A DNA stretch of 64,000 bases, taken from Octopus sinensis (lineage: Eukaryota). Position numbers and translations under genes: made by a program. The notes under the pieces are model-generated. The model was not told where the DNA came from, did no database searches, and was given only the letters and a program-made list of their open reading frames with translations. Location of the stretch: assembly GCF_006345805.1 (NCBI RefSeq), contig NC_043016.1, positions 21,142,001 to 21,206,000 on the forward strand. The letters run 5' to 3'. Positions 1 to 14,000 of the stretch are shown one piece after another. Numbering within the stretch: the stretch's first letter is position 1; each line of letters opens with the position of its first letter.

Positions 1-43
1 GAAAACATTTGAACAAAAAGCTGTTGAATTTTTAAAATCTAAA
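1..43 (+). CDS. RRBP1: RRBP1/kinectin-like coiled-coil protein, partial exon (KTFEQKAVEFLKSK)
   Basis: Open frame from base 2 ending at GTAATT donor (44); joins in phase 0 to the AG at 169-170. Confidence 0.6.
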
Positions 44-170
44 GTAATTACTAAAATAATTTATTTTCTAAATAATTGTAAAGAAATGTAATATCTAAGC
101 ATTCATAATTGCTATGTTAGAAAATCATTTTACAGTGCAAAATACTCATTTACATAACACATATTTATAG

Positions 171-338
171 GCTGATGAACCAGTTTCTAATTTGAAAGAA
201 ATGACAAAAAATGTAGAATTATTTGAAAAAAAGCTTGATGTGGCTATGAAGGAATCAACAGAATTAGCTGCCCAATTAAAATCAGAAAAAGATCTTCAAA
301 TAAAAATATCTGATAAATTAAAAGAATCAGAAACTAAG
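171..338 (+). CDS. RRBP1: RRBP1/kinectin-like exon (ADEPVSNLKEMTK...KLKESETK)
   Basis: tttatag acceptor and AAG|gtaatt donor; 168 nt, phase 0-0; E/K/L-rich coiled coil. Confidence 0.8.
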
Positions 339-1056
339 GTAATTTTTGTTTTATTTTTCTTTACATTTTATATCAACAAATGTCTTAGAGAACTTAAATG
401 TTTGGGCATATTCACTAAAATGCTCTTTGTGTATGCTTCTATGCACATGCACACACTTGTTTGGCAAAATACCCAAGACCTGATAGTTTTGTGGTGCCAC
501 CTACATAACAAGCATATGATAATTCCTGGCAATACTAATTGCTAGGAATTGATATATTTAGTAGAATTGTTTGCAGACCAGACAAATTGTTTAGAGGCAT
601 TTTTTCTAGCCCTTTGTTTTGATTTCAAATACCACCAATGTCAACTTTGCCTTTCATCCTTTTTGAATTAGGCATCATTCAAGTACTGTGGTTGAGGTAA
701 TTGACAATCCACGTCCCATTTGTTGACCTTTGCCAAAAATATTCTTTTTCTGCCTTTTCTTTATTTGGAGGCTTTACTGGAATCTTCCAATTTTACAGTG
801 AAGTTTATAAGGTGCTTAGGAAAAGTAAATTTTTTTTCTGCTGAAATTTTAAGAATATGTACAAAATGTTAATTCTAAGGCCAAATCAGCAGTCCATTAT
901 AACTGAGTTTCTTGCCAAGTAGTTGTCAAATTAGTGAAGAGAAAATATTTTTGTTTCACTAGAAATTGAATTATTAAACTATCTTTAGTTTTCATGTGTA
1001 ATATATTTGCCAAACAATTTGAGCATATTCTATTGATATTTACCTTTTATTTTCAG

Positions 1057-1311
1057 TTTATAGAATTACAGTCAGCTTATGAAATAAAATTAGCAGAATT
1101 GTCTAATGAATTAGCTACCCAAACGAAGAAATATTCAGATTTTGAAAAAATGTATGAAGCTTTACACTCAAATTTGCAACATAATGAAGTAGAAAATAAA
1201 GAGTTAAAAGAGCATGTTAATTCATTGAACATGCGGTTAACAGAATCACCTGAAGATAAGGTTAAATTAGAAAATAAACTCAAAGACTATCAAAATCTAT
1301 TTTTAATCACT
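1057..1311 (+). CDS. RRBP1: RRBP1/kinectin-like exon (FIELQSAYE...KDYQNLFLIT)
   Basis: ttttattttcag acceptor and gtaagc donor; 255 nt, phase 0-0; coiled coil. Confidence 0.85.
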
Positions 1312-2841
1312 GTAAGCTTCTTTCTTTCTTTTATTTATTTTTGTGGGGTTGCATATGCTGGGATCTTGTTCTAAATTTCATATTAATATATTGAGTTTTT
1401 TCTGGTAGTATGAACTGCTTAGTTTTCTAGATTTAGATAATGGCATGCATTGTTAGCATATTTTACATATGATTAGGAGTGCAGATTGTTAGCTCAGTAT
1501 ATTGAGTTCATTATTGAAATTTCTTTTATATTTCTAATGCAATATATTTCTAATACAATTCAGCTACAAAAAATACACAGTGGAAATATTTTCTGTTTTT
1601 GTATTTAGATGATTTAACTATTGATCTTAGATAATTATCTAGGAGTAAATCTGAATATTGAATTGAAAAATATATTAACCCATTTTGCATGGAAGATGGA
1701 CATACAATGACAATGGTTTTATAGCAACTGTTATAAAATGACACAGACTAGCTCACAAGCAATAACGGATATGAATGTTTGCAAAAAGTTTTTTTATCAT
1801 CATATATAATCTAGGCATTGTAACTAGGCTGGAGTAATTTTGATGATTTACTTCCAATAAAATGCAACTTAATTATTGACCCAAACTTCTAACTAAATAG
1901 ATTGCTTGTATGTAATAATAGTAACATTGATGAGCAATGTTCTATACAGCTTAAGTATGCTGTATCAAGATTGATGAACTAGTCATTTTAAGAACTGCCT
2001 CAGTTCTTGAAAGGGATGTTGTATTTGCCTGTTCTAATTAACTGAAACAGAAAGTTGTAGCAATCTGAGAAATCTTGGTGGTTGACAAAAAACAAATGGG
2101 TATGTTATGTGGATGAAGACCATTGTTTTATAAAATCCATAATAATGAAGATATTGTAACAGATAAAAATGGCAGTTAAAATCAGAAAACAGAGACACTT
2201 GCAACTTATTTCAGTCACAAATTACCTCTCTATCATAGATTAAAAACCTTTGTTTAAAAGAAAACTGCATTTTTTCAATTTACAATTCAATTTTAATATT
2301 GCATTTGTAATTATTAAATAGTGTCAGGTGAGATAGGATGACTGTTATGTCCGAAGATAGGTCATTTAATTTTCTTGAAATAACAGACTGTTTTGTGCTA
2401 ATCACAATTTATTGGAATAGGTACCTTATAAATCTAGTTGCATATCTGACAGACACAGTATAATATGTTAACGCTTCAAAATTTTCTTTCTACATTGGTT
2501 ATTTTCAGATTTCTTCCATACTGTGAAGAAGCTAAAACCTGATGATAATTATCTTTCTTCTTGATTATCTTTTAAGACACAAAAGTACTTTATGCATTAG
2601 GATGATTATTTCTTAATTGTTTATTCAATATTCTTTTAGATAGGGAAATATGGAAATTAGTATTCAAGAATAATCATAAATTATTCCCTTATAGAACTGT
2701 TAAGCTATTTCAAATTTTGTATCAATTTTTAAAAAAAGCAATTCTGAATTACTTAACATAAAGGATTTTAAATTATTTTGTAGTTTGATCCGAAGTTTTA
2801 AAAATGATTTCTCAGGTTAAAAAATATTTTAATATATTCAG

Positions 2842-2913
2842 GATGAAAAATTACAATTGCTCCAAAAAAGTGTTGAAGAAGAAGAGCAGAAATGGAAACA
2901 TGCTTTAGCAGAG
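2842..2913 (+). CDS. RRBP1: RRBP1/kinectin-like exon (DEKLQLLQKSVEEEEQKWKHALAE)
   Basis: AG/GT bounded, 72 nt. LQKSVEEEEQxW matches the conserved C-terminal motif I recall from RRBP1/kinectin. Confidence 0.85.
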
Positions 2914-3057
2914 GTATATATAATTTATAGCCTTTCTCTATCAGTTGTCTTTCAAGAAGTATTTTTTTCATACTGCTTAATTATATATTATTTCTTGCCA
3001 GTTAACTAATAATAAAAATGGTACAAATAAATTGGCTCAATTTTTTTTTATTTTTAG

Positions 3058-3096
3058 GCAGAGAAAGAGATACAAATTCTTAAAGAAAAGCAAACA
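3058..3096 (+). CDS. RRBP1: RRBP1/kinectin-like small exon (AEKEIQILKEKQT)
   Basis: Poly-T tract plus tag acceptor and gtaagt donor; 39 nt, phase 0-0. Confidence 0.8.
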
Positions 3097-4133
3097 GTAA
3101 GTATCTTTGTCAATCCATTTCTGATATAATTGCTCTTTCACATGTGTGCATACACATTAGATAGATCAGTTTCTAACACAGTAAGAATATGTAGCATACC
3201 TTTATACTTTCTCATTCAAGTAAGAGGCCTGTTATTCCACATCTTCAAAAGGGTACCATAGAGGTAGGTAGACACTGGAGAGTACCATAAAAGTAGGGAG
3301 AAGAACAGTGTAAATGCTGTGAAAGACAGGAGATAGGGTGGGGGGAAAAACTGAGTGAGTTTAGCAAGGGAAGGCGAGGCCAGAGAGCAGTCGAGTGGTT
3401 TAAGGGTGGGGTAGTGAGGTAAAGGGAAAAGTTTTGGGTAACAAAAGAATGTGTTGTAAATAACAAAGAGAAGGGAGTTGTGAACAGGGGATGTAAGATG
3501 ATGGCAATAAGTGGGCTTGGTGGAAAGTAGTATATATACATGTATATATAGTACAGCTTCTTTATTATCTTTTAAGTTGCATTTTTTCACACACACACTC
3601 ACACATAGATTTAATGTATATAAATGTATTATTTTGGTGTATAGCTTATGTGCATTCATATCTTATATGCTCAGTCCATGGCCAAGACAGTTCTTACTCA
3701 GTCCACTTAGCTGTAAACAAATACTTTACATAGGTGTATGATGCATTTACATTTCATAAATTAATAAACACTATATAACTGAATTAATTGTTAATTTTAA
3801 ATATTGAACTAAGATTTCCCATGAGTATAACTAGATAACCTCACTTCTCTATTTATGCAACCATCCTGTTTTTGTAGGAGTAAAATTGACTGCATGATGT
3901 AATGTATATATTTTTCTCTTAAAAAGGTGGGATGTCAAGTGTGAGATTTAGTTGCTATTTGTAGTAAGTTAAATGACTGTATAGAGGCATACTCATTGGT
4001 TCATAGAAGTATAATAGTAACACAAAATGATTTGTTACTTTCCAATAACTTGTTTATATACCATGTATTCCAGCAAAATTGCAGTGCTTGTAATTTTTTT
4101 AATCATAAATTCATTTTATATTTGTATTTGTAG

Positions 4134-4316
4134 TCTTTAGAATACTTAAAATCAGAAGTAAGTAAACAACAAGCCTTAATTGAGGAAGAACAAGGGAAGA
4201 ACAGAGATTTAGCACAAACTGTTGTAAAGCTTAATGGAATTATCAAGACTGGACAAGATGCATTAGCTCAAGAGCAGAATCTAGTTGAAAATCTAAAGCA
4301 AAAATTTTGTGTGAAG
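4134..4316 (+). CDS. RRBP1: RRBP1/kinectin-like exon (SLEYLKSEV...KLNGIIKTGQDALAQEQNLVENLKQKFCVK)
   Basis: ttgtag acceptor and AAG|gtaagt donor; 183 nt open frame. Confidence 0.85.
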
Positions 4317-4457
4317 GTAAGTTACTTTTCACGAATGTTTGCTTCTAAAATATTCTATAGCCATCCATTATAAATGTGAAAATTTATATTTCACTAATAC
4401 CTTACAAACTGCATTGAATAATGTGAACTTCTTTTCTCATTTTTTTTAAACTCACAG

Positions 4458-4490
4458 GAATCAAATAATTCAGCACAGAAAATAGAACAA
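4458..4490 (+). CDS. RRBP1: RRBP1/kinectin-like small exon (ESNNSAQKIEQ)
   Basis: Pyrimidine tract plus cag acceptor and gtaagt donor; 33 nt, phase 0-0. Confidence 0.75.
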
Positions 4491-5336
4491 GTAAGTTTGT
4501 TTACTATATGCTTAGTGCTTATGGAAAAAATTAATAATTTGTTTCTTAGCTCAATAATTGAGCTAAAAAACAAATTATCATTTAATTTTTTTCCATTGTT
4601 TTTGGCTAAATAATTTCATTATGTTAAAACATAAATGCTATTATTCTTAATACTAACAGTTTGGGGGTTATCTTCGATTTTGAATGTAGAGCTGTTTACA
4701 TTGATACAATTTTTATGGTATAGATTTTATGAAGAAAGGTTGGTTTATATCTTTTATCCTTTACTTGTTTCAATCATTTGACTACAGCCATGCTGGAGCA
4801 CTACATTGAGGAATTTTTAGTCAAATGAATCAACCCCAGTATTTATTTTTGTTAAACCTGTTACTTATTCCATAAGTGTCTTTTGCTAAGCTGCTTAGTT
4901 GCAGGGATGGGATGGATAAATTGTCAGGTGGTACTGGACACAAACACGTTTACCATGGCAATATATTTCCAAATATATTCAAATGAAGCCTGTTGCAGTC
5001 TTATAATTGTGATATAGTAATTTGGCTAGAAGTATTGTAGCATCTGACTAATTGTGAAATGGTATTTTGTTGTAGACTAATGACTTCATGAAACATCTAT
5101 ATGTTAAACAATAATATTTATTGTTAATTATGCTGGTGAGTAATTTTTATAATGTTAATGGACTGAGCCAAGATAGTTTAAAACAAGGTTCTAAATTTCT
5201 TTGTGAAATTAATGGGCTTTATTTCTTCTATTTCTATTTAGACAACTATTTGTTAATTTTCTCTAATGTTTCCAATTACAAGTTTTATTTTAACTTCTCA
5301 TTAATTTTTTGAGTGTATGACAGCCTTCATTTCTTT

Positions 5337-5870
5337 CATCATCCTCATTTAACGTCCGTTTTCCATGCTGGCATGGGTTGGACAGTTTGACTGAGGTCTG
5401 GAGAGCCAGTGGCTATACCAGGCTCCAATCTGATCTAGCAATGTTTCTACAGCTGGATGGCCTTCCTAATGCCAACCACTTTGAGAGTGTAGTGGGTGCT
5501 TTTTACATGCCACTGGCAAAGGATCCAGTCAGGCAGGTCTGGCATCAATCATGTTCAGATAGTGCTTTTTACATGCCACCACAATGGAAGCCAGTCAGAC
5601 AGACCTGGCATTGACCACGTTTGGATGGTGCTTTTTATGTACCACAGGCATGGCAGCCAGTCAGTGGGCACTGGCCACAGCTATGATATTGGTTTTAATT
5701 GACTTAACAGGTCTTCTCAAGCATATCGTATTGCTGAATGCATCAGGGGTACTCTTGACTGGGCTGGACATGCATGGCTGTGATCTCATTTTAGTTACTG
5801 GGTCTTCTCAATCACAGCATATCTCCAAAGGTTTCAGCCTCCTGTCATTACCTCTGTGAGGCCCAATGTT
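5337..5870 (-). mobile_element. RTE 3' UTR fragment (related copies at 33568-33985, 34132-34350 and 42330-42480)
   Basis: ttccatgctggcatgggttggac..ggatgcccttcctaa is shared with the RTE 3' ends. Confidence 0.8.
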
Positions 5871-8172
5871 AGAAGATAATTAAATTTTCATAGTCTTCAG
5901 ATCTTCAAAAGCTTTCTCTATCAAGCTGCAATACTTTTAATTGTATTTTTTCAAAAAAATTCTCTCTGCATGCAAAGGAGGAGTAACAATATTAACATTA
6001 TCTTTTTTTTTTCCTTAAATAAATACAACAATGTAAAATGTTCTAAATCTGTATCTGCTTATCTCTCTTCATCAATGAGGATTCTACAAGTGAGAAATAA
6101 TATTTAACAAATATTAGTCATTTAAAAAAAACCTTATTCATATAATCTTGCCTTTGTACACCAATATCAATGAGACTGGGTTCCTGCCTTGGAGCTTTAA
6201 AATACTCCAGATCTAAAAAAGGATGTAAGCTACTATATTCCAGTGTGGAACACTGGTACCAACTAATCTACTAGACATTTAGAATTGTAAACTATTTTGC
6301 ATTTCTCAGCAGCTTTTTAATTCACCATATTGTATCCTTTTATTTCTACAGTAGAACGCACCTTTTTCATCCCTTAATTTGTATATATATATTTCCTGTT
6401 CTACACATTTTTTGTCACATCTATCACATTAACCCTTTTGTTACTATATATCTAACCAAAATACACCCTTTATGAGTTTCAATTAAATTCTAAAATAATC
6501 ATAAATTTAGACTAGTTTAATTAAACAACTGTAATTTTTTTACATATCAACATATTGTGATTCTTGGAATACAATTGAAGAAAAGGTTCTTAATCAATTC
6601 TATTGCATAACTTTTGTCTCAAAGTGACTCTAATTACAGGTAAATACAAGTAAATTCAGCAAAATATAAAAATATTAAAATTTTGTTTGAACATCACCAT
6701 AGAAAATGAGTCATCAGTTAATTTTTAATTAGGGATGCAACAAAATTTTAATAGAAGATAATTGTGCACATCACTAGATTATCAGTTGAATTTAATGCAC
6801 ATAAGAACAGGTAAAATAAAATGAAATCCTGGAATATTTTTGAAGAAAACTAGAAAATTAAATACATCAACATACAAAAATACACAAGAACATTTATAAT
6901 AAATATTTACAACAGAAAGTAAATCAAAACTTGTCACTCACCTTACAGGTAAATAAAAAATAAAATCAAAGTTAATTTGAAAAACATTTAAACAATTTAA
7001 TCATACATGTCTACAATATTCACACAATATTTCTATCAGGGAAACTTATAAAACATCCCACTCTACATTCTGCAACTTTGCAGAAAGCACATTAGAAAGA
7101 AGTGGGCATCCACTGAGAATTTTTCTTCATTGAAGTAGACGTTCACGGCAATGCCTTTTGTGACCCTTGACTTTTTTTTTCTAATTTATGGAGATAGGCT
7201 GAACTCAGAGGGGTTTCTCTGTGACAGGTTTTGCTTTTCCTTCCTACACTTATAATTTTGGAGGAATAGCCTGCCCTCAACTGTGTTGCTCAGAACTGCA
7301 GATGGTAGCACCACTTTTGAGCCCCTCCTGATTTGGTATGTAATATAAATGCATTTATAATACTTATAGTTACTATATACCAAAGCAGGTATTTCCACCA
7401 TTTATTACCCAGTCTACCAACCAGTTAATGACTCCTCATTTGGTTCAGCTGATCAACACCACCTATGTATCTGTTATAATCAAGACCACATCATACACTG
7501 AGTAACATTGTCATTTTTCCCAGTATAAAAATGGAACCCACGGCAGTACCCAGTATTTACTTTACAAATTTTCCAAACTGTTATCACCCATTTCATGGGC
7601 TTTCTCGGCATATATTGTTGGAAGCATTACCCTTCCATTATACCTGACCATGCCCTTATTGAGAGATCAGTATCTATCATGATGAATTTATACATATGAC
7701 TTTAATTGTTGTAGAACACATCTAAATAAAAGCTTTAGCTTGTGGTATTGTTTGGTGTTATTCAGTTTTTTCATCTCTTAAAAACCATTACAGGAATTGA
7801 TGATATGGAGGAAGGTCTATTGAATTGTTTCTGATGATAAATGTTTTTATAATTTTAAAAAAGCAAAGTACATTGGACTAGAGAAATTCACATAAAATTG
7901 AGTTCTAATCTCTTTGTTAATCTGAATGACTACAAAAATGTCGAGTCAGCTGTACAACTTCTCACCAATTACCTCATTCTTTTTTCATCCCTTCCATGAA
8001 ATCCTGTATCCCAAGATCTTATATTTCTACTTTTCAAATTTTTTATTTTCATACTTTCACAAGCAGTGCACAACACTTCTATATATGGCTTCACAATAGC
8101 CTTTCCTCAATTTTACCAGTTTTCCTAAAACTAACAAAGACTAGCTTTGTTGATATGCGATATATATGTGTA

Positions 8173-8205
<33 letters not shown>

Positions 8206-8466
8206 TAAAAGTGCTACTATGGAGATATGCTGATAAGTAGACTACATAAAATGGCATTCATAGAAGAAAGCAATCAAGTATTTGCTGAAGTTTAATAGTT
8301 ATATAACATCTCAAACTGAAATTTAATAAAGTTATAACATCTCAGAATTATTAACCAATAATAAAGAGTGAGTTGAACTAAATATTAACTGCAAATCTTA
8401 TTGTAATTTTCAGTTAATCTTACTCAAAACTGATTTGGAAACGGCACAGAAACTGTCATATATGTA

Positions 8467-9285
8467 TAGGGTGTTCAGGCTAAATTTGACAATTTTTTAT
8501 GTCTCCTTTTTTCAGGAACAGCATGATGTATTGGTGAACAGTCAATGACTTTGGAAAGCATAAGGATTAAAGTTATAATTGAGAAAAAGTTAGCTGACAT
8601 AGAGACCTGGAAGCCACCCAAATATTGGAAAAGAATTTGATGATTCATGCCAAGTATCAAAATGCCAACGTCATGACTGCTTGCTCATTGCTCTGTGAAA
8701 ACTGTAAACACTAGTTGTAAGACATGGTATGGACAGCTGCAACAGAAACTATGAAACCATAGCTAGCTGAAAGGGACACAGCAGGCATTTTAACTGCATT
8801 CACGTGTCAGTTCATCACAACTTTGAACAGAGCCTTTCGTTCAATTCAGAGGGTTGCTGCTGGAATGCCATATGTGTGGTAGGAGGATTCAGCTCTTTGC
8901 TAGACCTCCAGAAAGAGTCAGAAATGGTTGCCAGAAAATTTCTGACTTCACCAACCTCAACTTCTGGCCTCCTAATTCTCCTGATTGCAATCACATGGAT
9001 TACTATATGTGGGGTGTGGCTAAGGAAGACACCAGCCACACTGTAAGATAAAGGCTAAGGTGGTGTCAAGATCAAGGCAGTGTTCAAAGATCTTCCAAGG
9101 GACACAGTGAGAACACATGTGCCTGGTTACAAAGCCATCTTAAGGCCATGGGGAAAGTTGAAAGCAACAATTTTGAGTAAACTGTTTTCTCCCCCCATAT
9201 TTTTTTTTTTCTTAAATACTCTTATTTTTGGATGGTATATAATTTTTTTTTTATGCAAACTGTCAAATTTAGCCCAAACACCCTT
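8467..9285 (+). mobile_element. Internally deleted Tc1/mariner-superfamily transposon
   Basis: TIRs AGGGTGTTCAGGCTAAATTTGACA / TGTCAAATTTAGCCCAAACACCCT; transposase remnant WPPNSPDCNHMDYYMWG. Confidence 0.8.
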
Positions 9286-9812
9286 CATGAATGTCTGCTT
9301 ACCAATGTAAAATTAGTGTTGTGTCAAAACATAAGTTAGCGATTTGATAAAATAAGTTCCAAACTAGCATAAGTCTGGTGCTTACTAGTACAAGACTTAT
9401 AAGTACTATTATAGATATGAGCAACAAAGACACTTGAAGGTAGTGCCCCAGAATGGCCATAATCAAATGACAAACTAATAAAAAAAAAACTGAGAATATT
9501 CAGGAAGTTTTGAGAAGCAAAATATTGAAATTTGATAAGTCACTTGTCTAATAATGTTGGATATCATAGTCTAAATTAAAAAATACATCATGTGTTATAT
9601 AGATTAGTTAATGTCAAAACAGCTGCTTATGGAAAATGGTAAAAATAATTTGGACTTTTCTTTATACAAATTGTATTTTGAGTAGGATTGCTGAGATAAT
9701 AACATGCTCTATTTCAGATTAGGAAAACAATAATGCCAACTACATTCCTATAATTCCTTACATCTTGTAAACAATTTATTAAATTTAAGAACTTTTTTTT
9801 TCACTCTTACAG

Positions 9813-9854
9813 ACATCAGGGATTGCTAATAGTGATGTAGGAACTTCAGTTTAA
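9813..9854 (+). CDS. RRBP1: RRBP1-like terminal coding exon (TSGIANSDVGTSV*)
   Basis: ttttttcactcttacag acceptor, phase 0. Ends GTSV-stop, as I recall for vertebrate RRBP1. Confidence 0.75.
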   Translation, partial: TSGIANSDVGTSV

Positions 9855-11309
9855 GAGGACCAAAATCTAAAGATATCTTCATCAATTGGAAGGCCATACA
9901 CAAGAATCTAAAACTACACATCATGTATTCTAATTGATCTTTTTTCATTTCTTTTCAATTTTGTTATGACTACATTTAATTTTTTAATATGTCAATTTAT
10001 TGCTAACATGACCAGTTTACTTTTGACTTTAATATCATATTTAATAGTAGGTGGCGAGGTGGCAGAACCATTAGCACACTGGGCAAACTGCTTAGTGATA
10101 TCTCGTCTATCTTTACGTTCTGAGTTCAAATTCCGCCAAGGTTGACTTTGCCTTTCATCCTTTCGGGGTTGATAAAATAAGTACCAGTTGAGCACTGGGG
10201 TTGATATAATCAACTTACCCATCTGCCCAGATATTGTTGGCCTTGTGCCAAAATTTGAAACTAATATTATATTAAGTAGTAGTTGAATACTTTATATCGC
10301 TTGATAGATTTTTTTTATAGCTAACTGTATTTAAGGAATCTTGTGCCTTTTATAGAAGTTGAACTTTTAAAATATTTTTTTAAGTAATGTACTTTTAAAA
10401 GTTCAAATTCTTTATTTAATTTAGTATGTGAGGAATTTTGGAAATTTGTTAATTTAAGTAGTAATTTTGTGGATAAAAGGAAATAGACACTTTTGCTGAA
10501 TTAAGCTGAAGTTTGAAACATTTTCATAGATAATTATGATTGAGTTGCTAAAAGTAAATTTAAAACAATTCAAAGGAAAAATTTCAAACATTCCACTTTA
10601 ATTTCATTGACAAAAAGTAAAAATTGATTATTAGTATTTGTTGTTTAACCCTCACATACTGTAGCAATTTGAAAATAATGATGGGTAAGGATTTATGATT
10701 TAATTAATTGAATATTATAATTTGTAATAAGATTTCCTATTAACATTTCCTTATATCACAATGTTAAGATCCAAATGTAACTTGTTTCTTCAATTCATTT
10801 CTTTAACACCTTATAGGTTTTGTTATGTAAAATCGAGATAAACTTCAAATTCAGTTAAAAGAAATTTTATAATAAAAACTTTTTTTAAAGACAAATGATT
10901 AATTCTTGAAAAGAAATATATTTGGCTACTCAAAATATTTTTGCAATATAAGGTTACATTATTAGAATTTATTCTAATTGACCAAAATTACAACTTTGTT
11001 GAACTTGAAAAGTTTATTTTTCTTTATAATTTTAAAATAGCATGAAATATAACTGACATTAATTCTATTTTCATGACAGTTTTTGAAACCTCAGCATGTA
11101 AAAATGTAAAATTGAATTTACTTGATCAAACTATTGAATAATGATAAAATATGAAGAAAATAAAGATTACAAATATTTGCTTTGTTTTCATTTATTTATT
11201 AGGGAAAAGATTTACTATTTACTTTACTATTTTAGAATTATGGTGTGAGTGTGTGTGTATTAGTAAAAAACAAATCTGAAAGAAGCAGCACATTCTAAGA
11301 TGTAGAGAA

Positions 11310-11556
11310 GTATACATTAAAAATGGGCAAGGCCGGTTTGTGGGATTATCTTAGGTTTCTCATCTATAAAGGGTTTAGGTTTATGGCGTATTATCAGATC
11401 CCAAAAACCTGTTGGCCCAAGACCATAAAAATATGTAGGAAGAAATGCCTCACTACTCAAAAGTAACAATTGGGGATTATATTCCTGACAGCCAATAGCA
11501 AAGGTTTATGGGATTACCTAAGGTAATTCCATAAACCATCCTTCCCTTTTATATAC
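11310..11556. mobile_element. MITE-like element with ~40-bp imperfect inverted termini
   Basis: aaaatgggcaaggccggtttgtgggattatcttaggt versus acctaaggtaattccataaaccatccttcccttt. Confidence 0.55.
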
Positions 11557-12398
11557 ATATTTATATATAAATATATTTTTCCTTCTCCTCTTGGCCACTG
11601 TACAAACCCCTAAGCGTTAGCTTATTTGTGATAATTAAACTGGGCCTAGTTATAAACAATTCAACAGCGATATTTATATCTTCATACACTTATAATTAGG
11701 ATTAACACCATCTCAGCAACATTTGACAGCGACTTCATAATTGTTGCTGACAACTTTGACAGCCATGTTGATAACACCATATCCACAATATCCTTAGAGG
11801 CTATGGCTGTGATATAAAAAAAAAAAAATGGAGTTCTGTGATGCACTTGATCAAAGAATTTACAGCACACGCAAACTTCATGAAGCCAGCCACTTCATCT
11901 GTTAATCTAGTGAACACGCAAGTCAGATATCATTCCCACCAGGAAACAAGATGGGCAGATCATTGTAAATACCAAACCTTTTCATAGAGAAGTATGTACT
12001 GCCCTACACAAATTACAGGCAGAAAGCAAACAGAAGCTAAAAGAACTTGGTAATTAGTATTAGAGAAATTCTAAATGATACCTATTATAAGGAGATAGGG
12101 AGAACACCACTGGGAGTTCCAACTGGATCACCTGATAGATGTTATGGTTCAGATATGAGTATATGTTTTATGACAGGATCAATGATGAGGAATCCAGGAT
12201 TGCAAGGCAAGTATATTAACTGAGTTGTCATTGAGAAGTGTATAAGAAATGATAAAGGTACTCTTGCTATTGCAGCTGAAAGAGAGGGACATGGAAATAC
12301 TATTATGGTAGGTTGTTGAATGTGGAGATTGCAAGAAAGGGTGGGGGTTCCCTCAAGCTGACCTTACAGAATGACTTGCAATTCAAGTTGACAGTAAT

Positions 12399-12842
12399 GT
12401 TAGTTAGTTAGTTAGTTAATTTGGCTCAAAAGCAAATAGCAAGGCCATGTAGGGGGACATGGAGCTAAGTACAGGGTGGTGTTCATGTAAAGAGTTCAGG
12501 CCACTTGAGGTCCAGGGAGGCTTTGAACAAAGCGGTCGTCGGCATCTTCACCATCTCGTCTGGCAGCTTGTTCCACGGATCCGCAACCCGGACGGAGAAA
12601 GCTCCTCTCCTTCGATTGAGATGAAATCGTCGCAGGTAGAGCTTTTCGGAATGACCCCGCAGCCGACGCTCTGGAGCAGGAGTGAAGAACAGCTCTTTTG
12701 AGAGGTTACACTTTCCGCTTATGATGTTGTGAGCGAGAATGAGATCACCACAGCGGCAGCGTTTTTCAAGAGAATAAAGGTCGAGCGTCCTCAGCCTTTC
12801 TTCGTAGGACAAATTTTTGAGACCATGAATGTGATAGAGCAA
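12399..12842 (-). mobile_element. CR1-clade LINE 3' end with (CTAA)n tail
   Basis: LSYEERLRTLDLYSLEKR..GDLI..RGH..FSVRVADPWNKLP, the typical CR1 ORF2 C-terminus. Confidence 0.85.
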
Positions 12843-12959
12843 TTAAGGATAGGAAAGCTGCTGGCCTAGGATACATAAGTATCCATAAAGTTAAACAAAC
12901 CCAATGACTGGTATTTCAGTATCATTGCAAACAGCTTCGAAAACAAAAGGTATATCTTA

Positions 12960-14000
12960 CAAAGAGGAAATTATGAAAGCACCAGATTGGATCAGGCAAT
13001 ATCACAATGAGAGTTGTAGGTTGTAGCAGAAATGATCCATAACAGCATACCTAGATGAAATGCAGTGTAGCTCTATCCCTGGAAGAGGTACCAGGGATGC
13101 AATCTTCCTAGTGAGACAGCTACTGGAAAAATATTCAGGTAAATATAAATCATTAAAGCTGACATTTTGAATGACTAGTGAGGGCTGTACAAGCAATGTA
13201 AAATGGTATGAAGAATTTAGCATGAAGGTAGAGGTCCAATTAAGGTCAGTCCTCAGTCCCCTACTATTCATTTATAATCTTACAAGCCATCACAAAGGAG
13301 CTTAAGAGCAGATCTCTGTGGATCATCTATGCTGATGATCTAGCTCTTAAAGCTAAATTTATGGAAGGAACTCTTGGCATAGAAGTAAAAACCTAGAATC
13401 AAGAAGCATTAAGGTAAACTTTGAAAAGACTGTGTTTCGAAGTAGAAAAGACAGTCCCCTCATATTGTTTGGGAAATAGTCTTGTTTGTTATGAAGGAAA
13501 AGAATAGGTAAGAATTCCATATGCTGTATCCAACATAAGCTATGGACACATGAGATGTATTGGAATCAAAAGTTCCAGAATGAGAGGGTCTTAAATTCCT
13601 AGCTGGCTCATTCAAAGTAATTTGTTATCTAGGTCTTCTGTTACGTAATCAGCAAGGGAGGTGATTGTCCAGAAAGTATAGTAAGTAAGCAAAGAACAAG
13701 CTCTTGGCATATTATATGATCCTTATGACAGAACTGTGATGCTGCACATTTTAGTAGGACATGGGCTTTAAATGCAGGAAATTTGCAAAGACTAGAAAGA
13801 AATGCTCTGGGACTTTTGTAATTTTAAGATTCATGAATGACCTGAGAGGAATTAAGTATTGTGTACAAGAGAGGAAGTTGCACTGGTATGGGCATAAGGA
13901 AATACTGAATGCTGGAGTGGTGGAACCTGTAGAAGAGAAAGAGAGAGACTAAGGAATACAAGGGACAAAAGGGTGAATGCTGACACTGAAGATGTATGTT
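12960..14000 (+). mobile_element. Degenerate RTE LINE RT fragment
   Basis: tatgctgatgat (YADD) and CVQERKLHWYGH. Confidence 0.65.

Noticed and set aside
2509-2600. Possible extra RRBP1-like exon after ttttcag
   Set aside because: No open phase-0 frame with a good donor; the 1311^2842 join already reads through the conserved motif.
6429-6760. piggyBac-like TTAACCCTTT terminus
   Set aside because: No matching opposite end found.
7795-7835. Hammerhead-like TTGATGA..GAAT
   Set aside because: Too many core mismatches.
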